Shown: positions 42,229-53,500, counted from the stretch's first letter. The stretch is 64,000 nt of DNA from Pedosphaera sp. (GCA_031414955.1 JANOQV010000305.1:1-64000); one strand, 5' to 3'. The notes: generated from the letters alone by a model not told the origin. A program made the numbers and translations.

Positions 42229-45200
42229 TCAATCGAATCTCACTACCGTGTAGTAGCGTTGCGGCTGCGCAGTTGGATCGCTGAGACTGGTGCTCGGGTT
42301 GGCCGCGACGAAGTCACGATCCAGTTGCACCCACATCAGCGCGTCCACGGTGTCCTTGTAATAGACCCGATAGGTGCGGCCCGGGATGGTGTCGAAGGTG
42401 AAGGTGGTCTGCCCATCCACGCGCGCGGCGGAGTAGATGATGGAACCGGGCGTGCCGGCGTTGTTGGTGCTGACGGAGTTGGTGCTGACCACGGTGATGA
42501 GAAAGGAGACGGAGTTGCTGCGTGGAGGCACGCCGTTGTCCACGGCGGTGATGACCGTCGGGAATTCACCCAAGGTCGTGTTGGTCCCGCGCAGGACACC
42601 GCCGGAGAGGACGCTCGAATGGGGCGGCAGTTGATCGCCGATGTAAATCAGCGCGTTCGTGTCGGGGTCGGTGGCGCGCACGGTGACGCTCAGGATTTGC
42701 CCGAGCAAGACCGTGCGGTTGGTGATGACGGGGAAGAAGGGCGGCGTGTTGTAGTTGGTCACGGAGTTTGGCCCGCGTGGAGTGGGGCGAAACATGGTGG
42801 ACTTGTAGCTCGCCCCGTCGGTGTAACGGCCTTCGGCCACATCGGCGAGTTGCGCGCCGTAGCTGATCGAATCCACCAGCGTCACGCCATCCGGAGCGTA
42901 GAGACCGATGTAGCCGGAGCTGCTCCCGAGCTGGAAGTTCACATGCAGGTCGATGAGCAGGGGGCTGTTTTCGCTGGCCTCGTTGTCGGCCCACACCAGG
43001 AAAAACGCACCGGGAACCAGGCGATAGCGTCCGTTGTTCGGCACGCGGTACTTGGTCGGGTTCAAGGCGTCGTCGGTCAGGTAATAATTGCCCAGATCCA
43101 CGAGAGTGCTCTCGGCGTTGTAGACTTCGAACCAATCGTCGTAATCCCCGGAGGGAGTGGCCGGGTCCCGCGCGCCGCTGGTGTTCCGGGCCACCCACTC
43201 GTTGATGAAAACACGCCGGACCGGCGAAGTGTTGGTGCCAGCGGGAGTGGGATGGGACAGCACCGCGCGGCTGGCCATCTGGCCGTCCTGCGTCCCGCCA
43301 TAGGAAGTGTTCACACCGAGCCTGGACCAGGCGAGGTAGTCCACGATCTGCGGTTGGGCGCTAACGAGTCGCGTCAACGCCAGCACTCCGTTGTATCCGA
43401 GGCGGAAGCCTGTGTGCCAGTCGAGGGCTGTCGTCTGGAGCGGTTGGCCATCGGCCCAGACCAGTTTGTGTTCGCCAGGATTGATGACGGTGCCGGGAGG
43501 AAAGGCCCACGCCGTCAGGTTGGTGGTGAAATTGTTCGCCAGAAAATAACCATCGAGATTCAAAGGTGCCGCTCCGCTGTTGAAAATCTCCACCCACGGG
43601 TCGCGCTCCCCGAAGTTGTCGAGCGGCCCATTGATGCTCTCGACCTGGACCTCATTGAGCCAGAGCGGATCAAACGCCGGCACCAGCGCGGCGGCGATGG
43701 AGTTCACGGCTCCAGGCGTGGCCCGGGTGATCAGGTCGTAGGCCCAGTTGGGCGGGCGGCCGTTGTCCTGATTGATGTCGATCAACTGGAGCGAAGAGCC
43801 GGGCACGGCCCCAGGCCAGGGCGAGGCGATTTCGTAGCGCACCGCGTCCACCAGCACGTCGCCGGCGAGATTGGTGCGGACAATGGAGACAAGCTGGCCG
43901 GTGGGCGAAAGGCTGCCGCTGAAAGTTCCGAAGATGGGGACGCCAGGATGAAGCAAGCGGAAGATCGACTGGTCGCGGACCAGCACGAGGATCTGGCCGT
44001 TGGTAATCATGGAGCGGGCTGGGAAGGCATAGTTCAACTCTGGCACACGCCATCCAGTCAGGGAGAAAACCAGCCCCGAGTTGTTCACGATCTCGATGAA
44101 CTGCGCGTTCGGATTGGCCGGCGCAGACATGATCTCGTTGAGCACAATCGCGCCCGAGGGATCGAGCACCGGCCCGGTGTATTCCACGGCAAAAGTTTGC
44201 ACCGCGTTGGAAAGTGCGATGCCAAAACGGTCGAAGCCTTGGAGCGTAAAGATGTTCGTCCCCGCGTCCAGCACCACGCGTAGGGTGAAGGTGGTGGCGC
44301 TGCTCCAGGTGATGGGATAGGCCGCGCCGTTGAGCGTGATGGTTTTAATTTCGACCGGCGCGGTGCCATTGATGATGTACAGATTGTTGGTCGTGCTGGA
44401 GTAAGGCGGCGCATCCACCGCGAACACGGCGTCCACGCTGGTGAGTTGGCTTTGCAGATAGGCGCTGCGGGCCCCGATGTAATTCTTGATCATCGTCACC
44501 GCGTTCAGGTCGATGTCGATGTTGTTGGTCAGGAGCGCGTTGACGCGGGCGTCGATGAACGGATCGAGATGGGCGTTGTTGAATGGCCCGTTCACCAAAT
44601 CCCGGAACGCGCGCCAGTAGGCCCGCTGGATGGCGGGCGTGTTGTACATGGCGGCGATGCGCGGATCGCTGGTCTCGAAGAGCGGTTCGTTGGCGGGCCG
44701 TCCCAGGCCGAGCGAGTAGTCGATGTCCCACGGCATGTGCGCGAAGCCCAGCGCGGTGCGGTAGAGGTAATCATTCTTGCCCCGGTTCCAGCCGTAGCTG
44801 TCGAAGTTGCCCACGGCGCGCTGCACGGCGAAGTGCCGCATCCACGCCTCGTAATCCGCCGCCGTGGCGAAGACCTCGGGATCGACGGTGGCGCTGTTCG
44901 GATTGTCGGAGGGACTGGCTGCGTCGATGAGAGCGAAGATGGTCGAGTAGTCGTTGGCCGAATTGCCCACGCCCACCGAGCGTTTGCGGAACATGAACCG
45001 GTAGGGCGCGGGCACGAACGTCTGGAGGCCGTTGAGCTGAATGGTCCGGCGGGTCATGTCGGCGTCGTTGTAGGTGTTGACATCGAAGCCGTTGCTGCCG
45101 AACTCGAACCAGTCCTCGACCTTGAACAACTGGCCTCCGGCGTCGTTCGGATACCACTCGGCCACCACGTCGCCGTTGGGTTGCTGAGAATCCTCGAAGA

Positions 45201-48033
45201 TGAAATTGCCCGCGCGCTCGTAGGCTTTGCTGCGCTGGCTGCCGTTCACGAACATGTGAATGTAGCGCCGGTGATTGTTCACCAGCCCCAGCCCCTCGAA
45301 GATCTTGTAGACCGTCTGCTCCGCCACCGCGCTCTGATCGCTGATGGTGAACTGGTCGGGATTGCCCGGGTTGTTGAGCACGAAATCCGTCGCGCCGAGG
45401 AACGGATCGTCATCCGGGAAATTCATTTCGTAATCCACGCGCATCGGCCCGGCTGGGCCGGTCGTGGAGTTGGTGCGGTGAAACGGGCTGCCGGAGAAGA
45501 GCGGCAGGGCGTTGTAAAACACGCGCGCGTTGTTATAGACGAAGGTCGCGTCCATGTCCGTGTTGTCCATCGGGCTGCGCGTGTGCCAGCGGTTCGAGTT
45601 CACCGCGCTGACCCAGAGATGATACGTGGCGAAATCGCCTGACATCTGCACCTCGCCCCAGCGCACCAAGCACTCGCGCACCGGCGCATCATTCGGCCAG
45701 CAACGGTCAAAACCCGGCCTGGGAAAAACCTGGATGGGGAAAGTGCCGATGGCGTTCTGTCCGTCCCGCGCCTCGACGTAGAAGGGCGTCATCTCGCCCG
45801 CCGCCTGGCCGGGAATGGTCGCGCTGTAGATGCCGTCGCCCGCGATGTCGTCGCCGCCCGCTCCGTTGTCGTGCATGGTCACATCGGTATAGGTCGAGAT
45901 CGGATCAATGCGGTAACGCAGCTTGAGGGCCGCGATGCCCTGGCGATCGGTGGCGCGCGCGCTGACGACGACGTTCTCGTTGGCGACCGGCAGGACGGGC
46001 GAATGTTTCACCTCGTACACCGCCGGTCCGGCGTTCGCGATGCGCGTGCTGTTCACCACGCCCGGCGTGCCCAACTTGCGCGGCAGCGACATGCGCCCGT
46101 ACGCCTCGGTGGCGCTGCCGTGCATTCGCAGCAGCACCTCGGGGAAGCCGCGCAGCCAGCGCACCTTGGCCCGCATCGAGATGGTGTGCGGCCCCGCCGT
46201 GACGGGATTGGCGAGGGGCTGGGAGAGAATGCGGTTGCTTTGATTGTCGCCGCGCGAGCCGGCGCGCACATGCAGGCTCTTCGTCCCGGCAAACCCTTCG
46301 TTCTCAATGGTCGAGAAATCGTGCGAGCCTTGCAGTGACCAGCCGGCCAGCCCGGATTCAAAGCCGCCGTTGTTCACGAGGTTCGGTCCGTTATCGACAC
46401 GCACTTCGAGTTCATCCACAAGGCACTCGCCGAAGCCCTGCAACATGATGATGAGGCTGTCGTTGACCGGGGAACCGAGCGTCTCGCCGAGCGGGCCGTT
46501 GAACTCGATGGCGGTCCACTGGCTCTCGCCGGTGTCGTTGCTGTCCGCCCAGTTGGAGGGATGATGCACGTCGCCTTCGGGATCGATCAGTTCGAGGCTG
46601 CTGCCGAGACCGTCGCTCCAGAAACCCCACTTGCCGCCGTCGCCGTAGGTCACGTCGCTCACCGGCACGTTTAACTTCTCTACTGTCCCGCCGACGACAT
46701 CGTAATCAGCCGCCGCCAGCACCAGGCGCTCGCCGCCGTTGGCTAGCTGGCCGGTGAAGGGTCCGAGCAGGTTCACGTTCGTGGCCAGGTTGGTGTAGAT
46801 GCCCATGAGGTTCGTGGGATTCCTCGCGATGACGTAATGCGCGCCGGGCGGCATGAGGGCGGTCAGGGCGTTGGTGGGAAACACGTAGTTGATGCCGACA
46901 ATGAATTCCCAGCCCTGGAGGTTCACACCCGAGAGGCTCCGGTTGTAAATCTCCACGTAATCGTCCTCGGTACTGCCGGAGATCGGATTGAACATGATCT
47001 CGTTTATGACCACGCCGTAACGCATCGGATTGGCGTTGGGCGACTCGCGGGTGGGATTGTTCAATCCGTAAATGTTCGGCCCGCCGTCCGGCCATCGGCC
47101 CTGCGAGATGTTGTTGGACGCGCCGCGGAAGTCGATGACGTCGAGGATCCGGGTGGCATTGGAGTTCCACAGGAAAATCGTTTCGCCGCCGGCGAACAAC
47201 TCGAAGCCGAGCTCGTTTTGATCCCAACTGAAAAAGCCGCGCGCCGGGATCACGGTGCCGTCGGGGATGCGGTACTTGTTGGTCAACGGATCGTCGCTCA
47301 GGTAGGCGCCGCTGATGTCCACGTCCTGGTTGCTGTGGTTGTAAATCTCGATCCAGTCGAGCGGGTCGCTGTGGTTCAGCCACTCATTGATGACGATGGA
47401 GGCCATTGGGTCGTAGGTGATCGGGTCTGGCCCGCCCGGCGAGCCGCCCACGCGGTCGCTTTCCGCCCAGGCTTGATAGTTGTCCTCACCCCAGGACGGT
47501 CGCACCAGAGAGAGCGAGTGACCGGGACCATCTGCCGCCTCGGGCCAGGGAGGTGAGTCGCGGTAATTGATCTCCAGCAGCACGGCCCCCAGTCTGTTGC
47601 GCAGCCGCACGATGCCCTGATCGGTGGGCAGTCGGTTGGTATTGGCTCCGACCCACGGTCCGAGGATGTTGGTGAGGCCATAGTTGGTTTGAATCAACCC
47701 CGGCACCCGCGCCACGACCACGTAGCCACCCGCGCGCAGGAGGGTGTTCGAGGGAAACGTGTAACTCACCGAACCGTTGATGGAGTAGCCGCTGATGTCC
47801 TCGTCCCACGGCTTGGAATTAAACACCTCGATGAACTCATGAGTCTGGTTCGTGCTCAGGCCGGGGATGGCCTTGGGGTTGTACATGATCTCCGTAATGG
47901 CGAAGCCGGACTTGCGGCTGGAAGGACCGGGCGGTTCCCGATCCAGGGTGAACTGGGCGTTCACCGACCAGCACGATTGCAGGACACAGAGTGAAAGGAA
48001 CAACGTCCTCAAGCGGGGAACAAGGTTTTCCAT
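42229..48033 (-). CDS. Large secreted lamin-tail-domain / CotH kinase family protein
   Basis: Signal peptide. About six LTD repeats (ITEIMYNP..EFIE.FN, INEW..DWIEIYN, INEIMF, LNEIM, LNEV, FINEW). CotH-like region (GNFDSY..GKNDYLY..MPWDIDYS). Confidence 0.87.
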   Translation of the reverse strand: MENLVPRLRTLFLSLCVLQSCWSVNAQFTLDREPPGPSSRKSGFAITEIMYNPKAIPGLSTNQTHEFIEVFNSKPWDEDISGYSINGSVSYTFPSNTLLRAGGYVVVARVPGLIQTNYGLTNILGPWVGANTNRLPTDQGIVRLRNRLGAVLLEINYRDSPPWPEAADGPGHSLSLVRPSWGEDNYQAWAESDRVGGSPGGPDPITYDPMASIVINEWLNHSDPLDWIEIYNHSNQDVDISGAYLSDDPLTNKYRIPDGTVIPARGFFSWDQNELGFELFAGGETIFLWNSNATRILDVIDFRGASNNISQGRWPDGGPNIYGLNNPTRESPNANPMRYGVVINEIMFNPISGSTEDDYVEIYNRSLSGVNLQGWEFIVGINYVFPTNALTALMPPGAHYVIARNPTNLMGIYTNLATNVNLLGPFTGQLANGGERLVLAAADYDVVGGTVEKLNVPVSDVTYGDGGKWGFWSDGLGSSLELIDPEGDVHHPSNWADSNDTGESQWTAIEFNGPLGETLGSPVNDSLIIMLQGFGECLVDELEVRVDNGPNLVNNGGFESGLAGWSLQGSHDFSTIENEGFAGTKSLHVRAGSRGDNQSNRILSQPLANPVTAGPHTISMRAKVRWLRGFPEVLLRMHGSATEAYGRMSLPRKLGTPGVVNSTRIANAGPAVYEVKHSPVLPVANENVVVSARATDRQGIAALKLRYRIDPISTYTDVTMHDNGAGGDDIAGDGIYSATIPGQAAGEMTPFYVEARDGQNAIGTFPIQVFPRPGFDRCWPNDAPVRECLVRWGEVQMSGDFATYHLWVSAVNSNRWHTRSPMDNTDMDATFVYNNARVFYNALPLFSGSPFHRTNSTTGPAGPMRVDYEMNFPDDDPFLGATDFVLNNPGNPDQFTISDQSAVAEQTVYKIFEGLGLVNNHRRYIHMFVNGSQRSKAYERAGNFIFEDSQQPNGDVVAEWYPNDAGGQLFKVEDWFEFGSNGFDVNTYNDADMTRRTIQLNGLQTFVPAPYRFMFRKRSVGVGNSANDYSTIFALIDAASPSDNPNSATVDPEVFATAADYEAWMRHFAVQRAVGNFDSYGWNRGKNDYLYRTALGFAHMPWDIDYSLGLGRPANEPLFETSDPRIAAMYNTPAIQRAYWRAFRDLVNGPFNNAHLDPFIDARVNALLTNNIDIDLNAVTMIKNYIGARSAYLQSQLTSVDAVFAVDAPPYSSTTNNLYIINGTAPVEIKTITLNGAAYPITWSSATTFTLRVVLDAGTNIFTLQGFDRFGIALSNAVQTFAVEYTGPVLDPSGAIVLNEIMSAPANPNAQFIEIVNNSGLVFSLTGWRVPELNYAFPARSMITNGQILVLVRDQSIFRLLHPGVPIFGTFSGSLSPTGQLVSIVRTNLAGDVLVDAVRYEIASPWPGAVPGSSLQLIDINQDNGRPPNWAYDLITRATPGAVNSIAAALVPAFDPLWLNEVQVESINGPLDNFGERDPWVEIFNSGAAPLNLDGYFLANNFTTNLTAWAFPPGTVINPGEHKLVWADGQPLQTTALDWHTGFRLGYNGVLALTRLVSAQPQIVDYLAWSRLGVNTSYGGTQDGQMASRAVLSHPTPAGTNTSPVRRVFINEWVARNTSGARDPATPSGDYDDWFEVYNAESTLVDLGNYYLTDDALNPTKYRVPNNGRYRLVPGAFFLVWADNEASENSPLLIDLHVNFQLGSSSGYIGLYAPDGVTLVDSISYGAQLADVAEGRYTDGASYKSTMFRPTPRGPNSVTNYNTPPFFPVITNRTVLLGQILSVTVRATDPDTNALIYIGDQLPPHSSVLSGGVLRGTNTTLGEFPTVITAVDNGVPPRSNSVSFLITVVSTNSVSTNNAGTPGSIIYSAARVDGQTTFTFDTIPGRTYRVYYKDTVDALMWVQLDRDFVAANPSTSLSDPTAQPQRYYTVVRFD

Positions 48034-48245
48034 GAGTTTGGTGAGCGTAAAGACTCCGATGTTACGAAATGGTTACGCGGATTGCGGCACTGTTCCGCAG
48101 GGCGCGTGCTTTGTCTATGCACCGCGTCCAGATGAGTGAGATTTCATTATCGCTGAGTTGCGGCTTGCTTCGGAGCGGGCGATGTCTCACGTTCGCCGCC
48201 ACTTGCAAGGCATCCGGCGCAAGGCGCATGGATGCAGTTGAACGC

Positions 48246-48461
48246 ATGAGCGAACAGGCAATTGAAGTGGAAGGGACCGTGGCTGTGGTGCTGCCCGGCA
48301 CTATGTTCCGCGTGGTGCTGGACAACCAGCATGAGGTTCTTGCCCATATTTCCGGCAAGATGCGCAAGCGATTCATCCGCCTGACCGCAGGTGATCGGGT
48401 GAAGATGGAGATGTCCCCCTACGATCTTTCCAAAGCCCGCATCACCTACCGGCTCCGTTGA
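48246..48461 (+). CDS. infA: Translation initiation factor IF-1
   Basis: [65 protein letters not shown]. Confidence 0.97.
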   Translation: MSEQAIEVEGTVAVVLPGTMFRVVLDNQHEVLAHISGKMRKRFIRLTAGDRVKMEMSPYDLSKARITYRLR

Positions 48462-48652
48462 TGGCCCCGCCCGGAGCGCGGCTTGGCTCTCGAGGTGCAG
48501 GGCGAGCGGTTTAATTGACGGTCAAATCCCCGGTCGCAAAAGTTTATCCGCACCGGCCCGTGCCTGCGCCACTGCTCGGTAGATGCCGGGGCGGTCGGCG
48601 GCGGGGGCAGGGAACGCTTTGCATCCGCCTGGTGGGCCGGTTTAATGCGCGC

Positions 48653-49480
48653 GTGGCGACGTTGCGCATCCAGACAGTTCAATCACTCGAAGCTCCGGGG
48701 CTGGAGTGGTATCTCACGCTCAAGCGCGTGGAGGAGCACGAACGGGCCGGGGTGCTGGTGGCCACGAATGCCAAGGTCGTGCAGCGGTTGCTGGTCAGTC
48801 GTTTCGCCGTGCTCTCGGCCCTGCTCACGCCCGCCTGGTTCGCGCAACTCGAAGCGAAACTGCGCGCCCGCCCCGAGGAGGAGATCATCATTCACGTCGC
48901 CGAACAGAAGTTGCTGGAAGGCATCACGGGCTATCACATGCACCAGGGCGCACTGGCCGTGGCGAAGATTCCCGCGCCCCTAACTTTCGAACAATTGCTG
49001 GAGACCTCGCCGCATCCGTTGCTGCTGGCGGCGGTGGAAGGCATTGCCAGCGCGGAAAACCTCGGTGCGGTGGTGCGAAGTTGCGCGGCCTTTGGCGCGC
49101 ACTTCCTGGTGGTGGGCGAGACGTGTGGCAGTCCCTTCCAGCGCCGCGCTGTGTCCGGCTCGATGGGTACCATCTTCGAGCAGCCGGTGGTGCAGGTGGA
49201 GAGCCTGGTGGCGAAGCTGACGGCGCTTCGCGCGCGGGGCGTGCGTGTCCTGGCGGCGCATCCGCGATCGGACGCGAAGAAACTTTCGGCGGTGGACCTG
49301 CGCGGCGACTGCTGCCTGGTCTTCGGCGCGGAAGGCCCGGGCCTCACCGAGTCCGTCCTGGCCGCGTGCGACGACATGGTGGAGATCCCGATGCCGTCGC
49401 ACATGAATTCGTTGAACGTGGCCGCCGCCTCGGCGGTGTTCCTTTACGAAGCCAGCCGGCAGCGCGGGGCTGAGAGGTGA
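48653..49480 (+). CDS. TrmH/SpoU family RNA 2'-O-methyltransferase
   Basis: EGIASAENLGAVVRS, VFGAEGPGL, EIPM..MNSLNVAAA. GTG start tentative. Confidence 0.9.
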   Translation: MATLRIQTVQSLEAPGLEWYLTLKRVEEHERAGVLVATNAKVVQRLLVSRFAVLSALLTPAWFAQLEAKLRARPEEEIIIHVAEQKLLEGITGYHMHQGALAVAKIPAPLTFEQLLETSPHPLLLAAVEGIASAENLGAVVRSCAAFGAHFLVVGETCGSPFQRRAVSGSMGTIFEQPVVQVESLVAKLTALRARGVRVLAAHPRSDAKKLSAVDLRGDCCLVFGAEGPGLTESVLAACDDMVEIPMPSHMNSLNVAAASAVFLYEASRQRGAER

Positions 49481-49516
49481 AGCGGTGATGGTGGGGCAAG
49501 GAATACCGATGCGGCA

Positions 49517-49627
49517 CGGAGCGCGGGCTTTCCAGCCCGTAGCATTGTGGGACGACGCCAGGTCTCAATGCTGGCGGACGCGCCTCTCCCATTGAGCGTT
49601 GCTGCGGACTGGAAAGTCCGCGCGCCG
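49517..49627. repeat. REP-like inverted-repeat element (GGAGCGCGG-type)
   Basis: 49517-49544 and 49600-49627 are inverted copies (24/28 match). Each holds a GCGGRCT-TTCC-AGYCCG hairpin. Confidence 0.7.
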
Positions 49628-49701
49628 GTGCCTCCCGCTTCGCGCTGGCTTTTGTCCGCCATCCTGAGTAGAGACGCTCTGCAACGTATTCAGAATTATC
49701 C

Positions 49702-50442
49702 ATGAACATCACGCGACATAGCAGCGCCGTTCTCGGTGGAGCGGCCCTCATCTTTTCTCTCACGGGCTGCGGTGGCGGCGACGCCAAAAAACTCCAGGCC
49801 GAGAACGAAGCCCTGCGCGCCGAGGTCGAGGCCCTGCGCGCCCGGGCCAGCACGCCGGAAGCCGACGCCGCGCGTGAGGCCGAGCTCAAGCGCCTGCAAG
49901 GCAACGTCCAGGATGCGGCCCGGCTGCGCGGTGAAGTCACCCAACTCCGCACCACCGCCAAGGACGCGGACAAATTGCGCGCCGAGAACCAGCAGTTGAA
50001 GTCGGAGAACCAGAAGCTGCGCGGGGCCACCGTGGCCGCCGAGCCGGCCGCCGCGCCTGCGCCCACGCCCGGCAGCTTCCCGCGTGAGACCTGGAGCCAG
50101 GCCGGCTACGCCTCGCCCGAAGCTGCGCTGGTTTCGGCGATTTACTCCATGCAGCAGGGCAACCCCAGGCAATACTTCGACAGCCTCACGCCCGAGGAGC
50201 AACTGCGCATGGCCAAGGTCTGGGAGAATAAGTCACCCGAGGAAATCGCCGCCAAGCATGTGAGCGACACGTCGAGGATCACCGGGCTAAAAATCACTCA
50301 AACCCAACCCGTCTCCGCCGACGAGTCGTTGATGACCGTGTTCATTGAAGGCGTGAACCGCGAAGAAGTGGTGCGCATGAAGCGCGTAGGCAACGACTGG
50401 AAGTTCGGCGGCTACATCCGCGAGCCGGCCAAGCAGCCGTAG
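49702..50442 (+). CDS. Hypothetical lipoprotein with coiled-coil
   Basis: Lipobox LTGC after a hydrophobic stretch, heptad coiled-coil, compact C-terminal domain ending RMKRVGNDWKF. Confidence 0.75.
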   Translation: MNITRHSSAVLGGAALIFSLTGCGGGDAKKLQAENEALRAEVEALRARASTPEADAAREAELKRLQGNVQDAARLRGEVTQLRTTAKDADKLRAENQQLKSENQKLRGATVAAEPAAAPAPTPGSFPRETWSQAGYASPEAALVSAIYSMQQGNPRQYFDSLTPEEQLRMAKVWENKSPEEIAAKHVSDTSRITGLKITQTQPVSADESLMTVFIEGVNREEVVRMKRVGNDWKFGGYIREPAKQP

Positions 50443-50593
50443 CAGCCGACGTAAGGAGGCTCTGATCGAATCCCCTGCCTCACGCCCAGGCCGCGAAGGG
50501 CGCAAAGGTTTTCCAGCCGTCATCTCTTCTTCGCGGCCTTTGCGGACTTTGCGTGAGGAACAGATCGGTGCCGACTCACGTCGGCGGCTACGG
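50437..50593. repeat. Nested inverted-repeat element (outer GTAG-type REP pair, inner 9-nt-unit pair)
   Basis: Outer arms 50437-50460 / 50570-50593 match 20/24. Inner arms 50478-50507 / 50529-50558 match 24/30. Confidence 0.72.
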
Positions 50594-50597
50594 AGCA

Positions 50598-53500
50598 TCA
50601 TCGCGCCGCCCTCAGAAATGTCAGCAGATCCGCGACCTCTTCCTTCGTCAGTTGCTCCGCCAGTCCCGACGGCATCACGGAGACGGCGCCGGGGCGCAGG
50701 TCGGTGATGTCGTTGCGCGCAATCCGTTGCTCGGTGTTCGGGCCGGTGGCGAGCACGACTTCATCGGCGGCATCCTTGCGCAACACTCCGCTGTATTCCT
50801 CGCCATCTTTCGTCGCCACGATCATCGGCTCGTAGCTGCGCACGAAGCTCGCGCTCGGATAGACGATGGCTTCGAGCAAGTCGCGCTCGTTGCGAATCTG
50901 CCCAATCTTCGTGAGGTCGGGGCCGACGTTGCCGCCGAGATAACCAATGGCATGACACGCCGAGCACGCCGTCTTGGGGCTGTTGAAGATCGCCTGCCCG
51001 CGCCGGATGTCGCCGCCCTTCACGGACGCGAGCAGGGTATCGATGTGCTGCTTCTGTTGCGCCGCATCGGTGTTGAGCGAGGCGAGCAGCGCCTCCGCCT
51101 TCTGCTGCACGGTAGCGGGAAAGTTCGTGAGTGCGGGCTTCAGCGACTCGGCTCGCAGCGACGCCACCGACTTGCTCGCCTCCAGCGAGGAGACCAGTGC
51201 GAGGCCGACGTTCTCGTTCGTGGCGCGGCCAAAGGCACCGACGAGTTTAGGAAGCTCAAGGGGGCCGGCGCTTCTCACCGAGTTGGCGAGCGTGAGCAAT
51301 TGCACGTCGTTCAATCGCGCCTTCGCAAACACGCTCGCGGCGGCGCTCCGCTCCGAAAGTGAATTGTCCGAGGCCAAGGCGAGGCGCAGGAAATTGAAGA
51401 GGCTCGCGTCGGAAGGAATGGCGTCGCCGGGGAGCGCAGCGAGCGCACTGAGCCGCAAGGTTTTCGACCTCGCCTCATCGCGGGCCAACGCCTGCAACGC
51501 TGCATTGAGTTCCGCCTCTTTTCTTTTTGCGTTGGCGAAGGAACTCGCGGCGGCAATTGCCAGCCGCTGGTTGTTCTCGCCCCACTTCGAGTCCAGCGCG
51601 GCACGCACCGCATCCGTCCAGGCGTCGGGAATTTCCTTCAACCGGCTGCGCGCCATCGCGCTCAAGGCCGTGGCCTGCGACGCGGGTTGCCCGGCCATCT
51701 CCGCGATGCGCTGCTGCACTTCGGCCTGCCCGGCGCTGCGCGCGAGGATGTCGGCGAACTGTGTTTGCTCCGTCGTGGAACTGATCGGCCTGAACCAATC
51801 TTGAATCCACCGCGCCACCTCGCCGCCCCACTCGGGGTGATGCGCAACGATCCACGACGCAGATTCCTTCAACAGCGCATTGGTCGAGGCGAGCAATGGG
51901 ACAACTTGCGCTGGCTTCAAGTTGTCGCCGGGCATCTGGTCGAGAGCGATGAGCGCGTCACGAATCATGAGCGCCGGGCCTGAGCCGTTGCCGTAGCCGT
52001 AGCGGAGGACGCTGTTCGCGTCTCCGATTTCGAGCAGCGCATAGATTAGGCTGTGCTCCAGAGATCGATCCATTTTCGTGGCGTCGCCGATGCCAAAGGG
52101 AAGGAGCAGGCTGGCAAGGTTGGTCGCGCCGATTCGGCCGATGGCTTCTGCCGCGGCCCGGCGCAGGTGGGCCGGCTGTTCCGGCCGCAAGAACTCGGCG
52201 AGATGAATCGAATCCGTCTCATCGCGCCGCAAGCTTACGGAATGAAGCGCGGCGTGTTTGACGGATTCATCTGCATCGAACAAGGCCCGATGAATGGCGG
52301 CGCGTGCTTGCGGATTGTCCATGCGGGTCAAGGCCCAGACTACATTCTGGCGCTTGCTCGCGCTGGGTGTTTCAGGCTCACGCTGCTCGCCGAACACACC
52401 GGGTGAGTTCATTGGCCGGCAAAAAATTCCGGCCTCGCACAAAGCACCAATTGCTTCGGCACCTTTCTTCCCAAGTGTCTGAATCGCGCGACGAGCTACA
52501 GCGGGCCGCGAGTCGCCGAGCAATTTCGTCAACGACTTCAGATCGGATTTGGCCCAGTCAATTTTCAAACCTCGCGAGTCGGCCAGCTTCGTTACGCCCT
52601 TTCGCCGCACTCGATAAATCCCGCCCAGCACATCCGGCTTGTGCAGTTGCGAAGTCGGGCAACAGAGCTTGTACCAGCCGCCGGTGTCCACGACGAGGAG
52701 CGAGCCGTCGGCGTCTTCGAAAACGTCGGTGGGATGGAAGTCGGTGTTGTCGCTGACGAGGAAATCGGAGTCGGTGGTCTTGTAAGTCGCGCCGCTCGGT
52801 TCCATCACGCAGCGGACGATCTTGTGCATGTTGAAGCAGGCGACGAAGAGGTTGTTTTGAAACTCTTTTCCGAACACGTCGGACTCGTAGCGCATCAGAC
52901 CGGCGGGCGCGGCGGCACCGAGGTGCGTCATCATCGGCAGCAAGTCGCCAGTGCGCGGGTGGCCGTCGAGCACGTCGTGGTCCTTGCCATAGACGCCGCC
53001 GTAGAGGGCGTGGATGAGTCCGTCGCGCTTGCCGCCGGCGGGGTGCTGGAAAAAGGTGCCGGACAAAATGCGCTCACCCTCGGGCGTGAAGGCGAGTCCG
53101 ACGGGATTGTCCATGCCGCCGGTCATCACTGGCTCGACGCCCGTGCCGTCGGGGCGCGCGCGGAAAATGTGCGAGGCGCGGGTGCTGAATTCCTTGCCGT
53201 CCGGGAGCGTGTAGGTCTGTTTGGCGAAGGCGCCTTTGCACCAGTAAATCCAGCCGTCCGGCCCGGCGTAGGGGCCGTGCAGATCGTTCGCGCAGCCGGT
53301 GAGCGTCTTGCCCTGGAACCATTCCTCGCGCACGTCGGCCACGCCGTCGCCGTTCGTGTCGGTGAGTTTCCAGATGCTCGGCGGCGCGGCGACGTAGAGC
53401 GAGCCGTCGAGCCACATGCAGCCTACGGGGAACATCATCGTGTCGGCGAAGACGATCTGCTTGTCGAACTTGCCGTCGCCGTCGGTGTCTTCGAGGCGCA

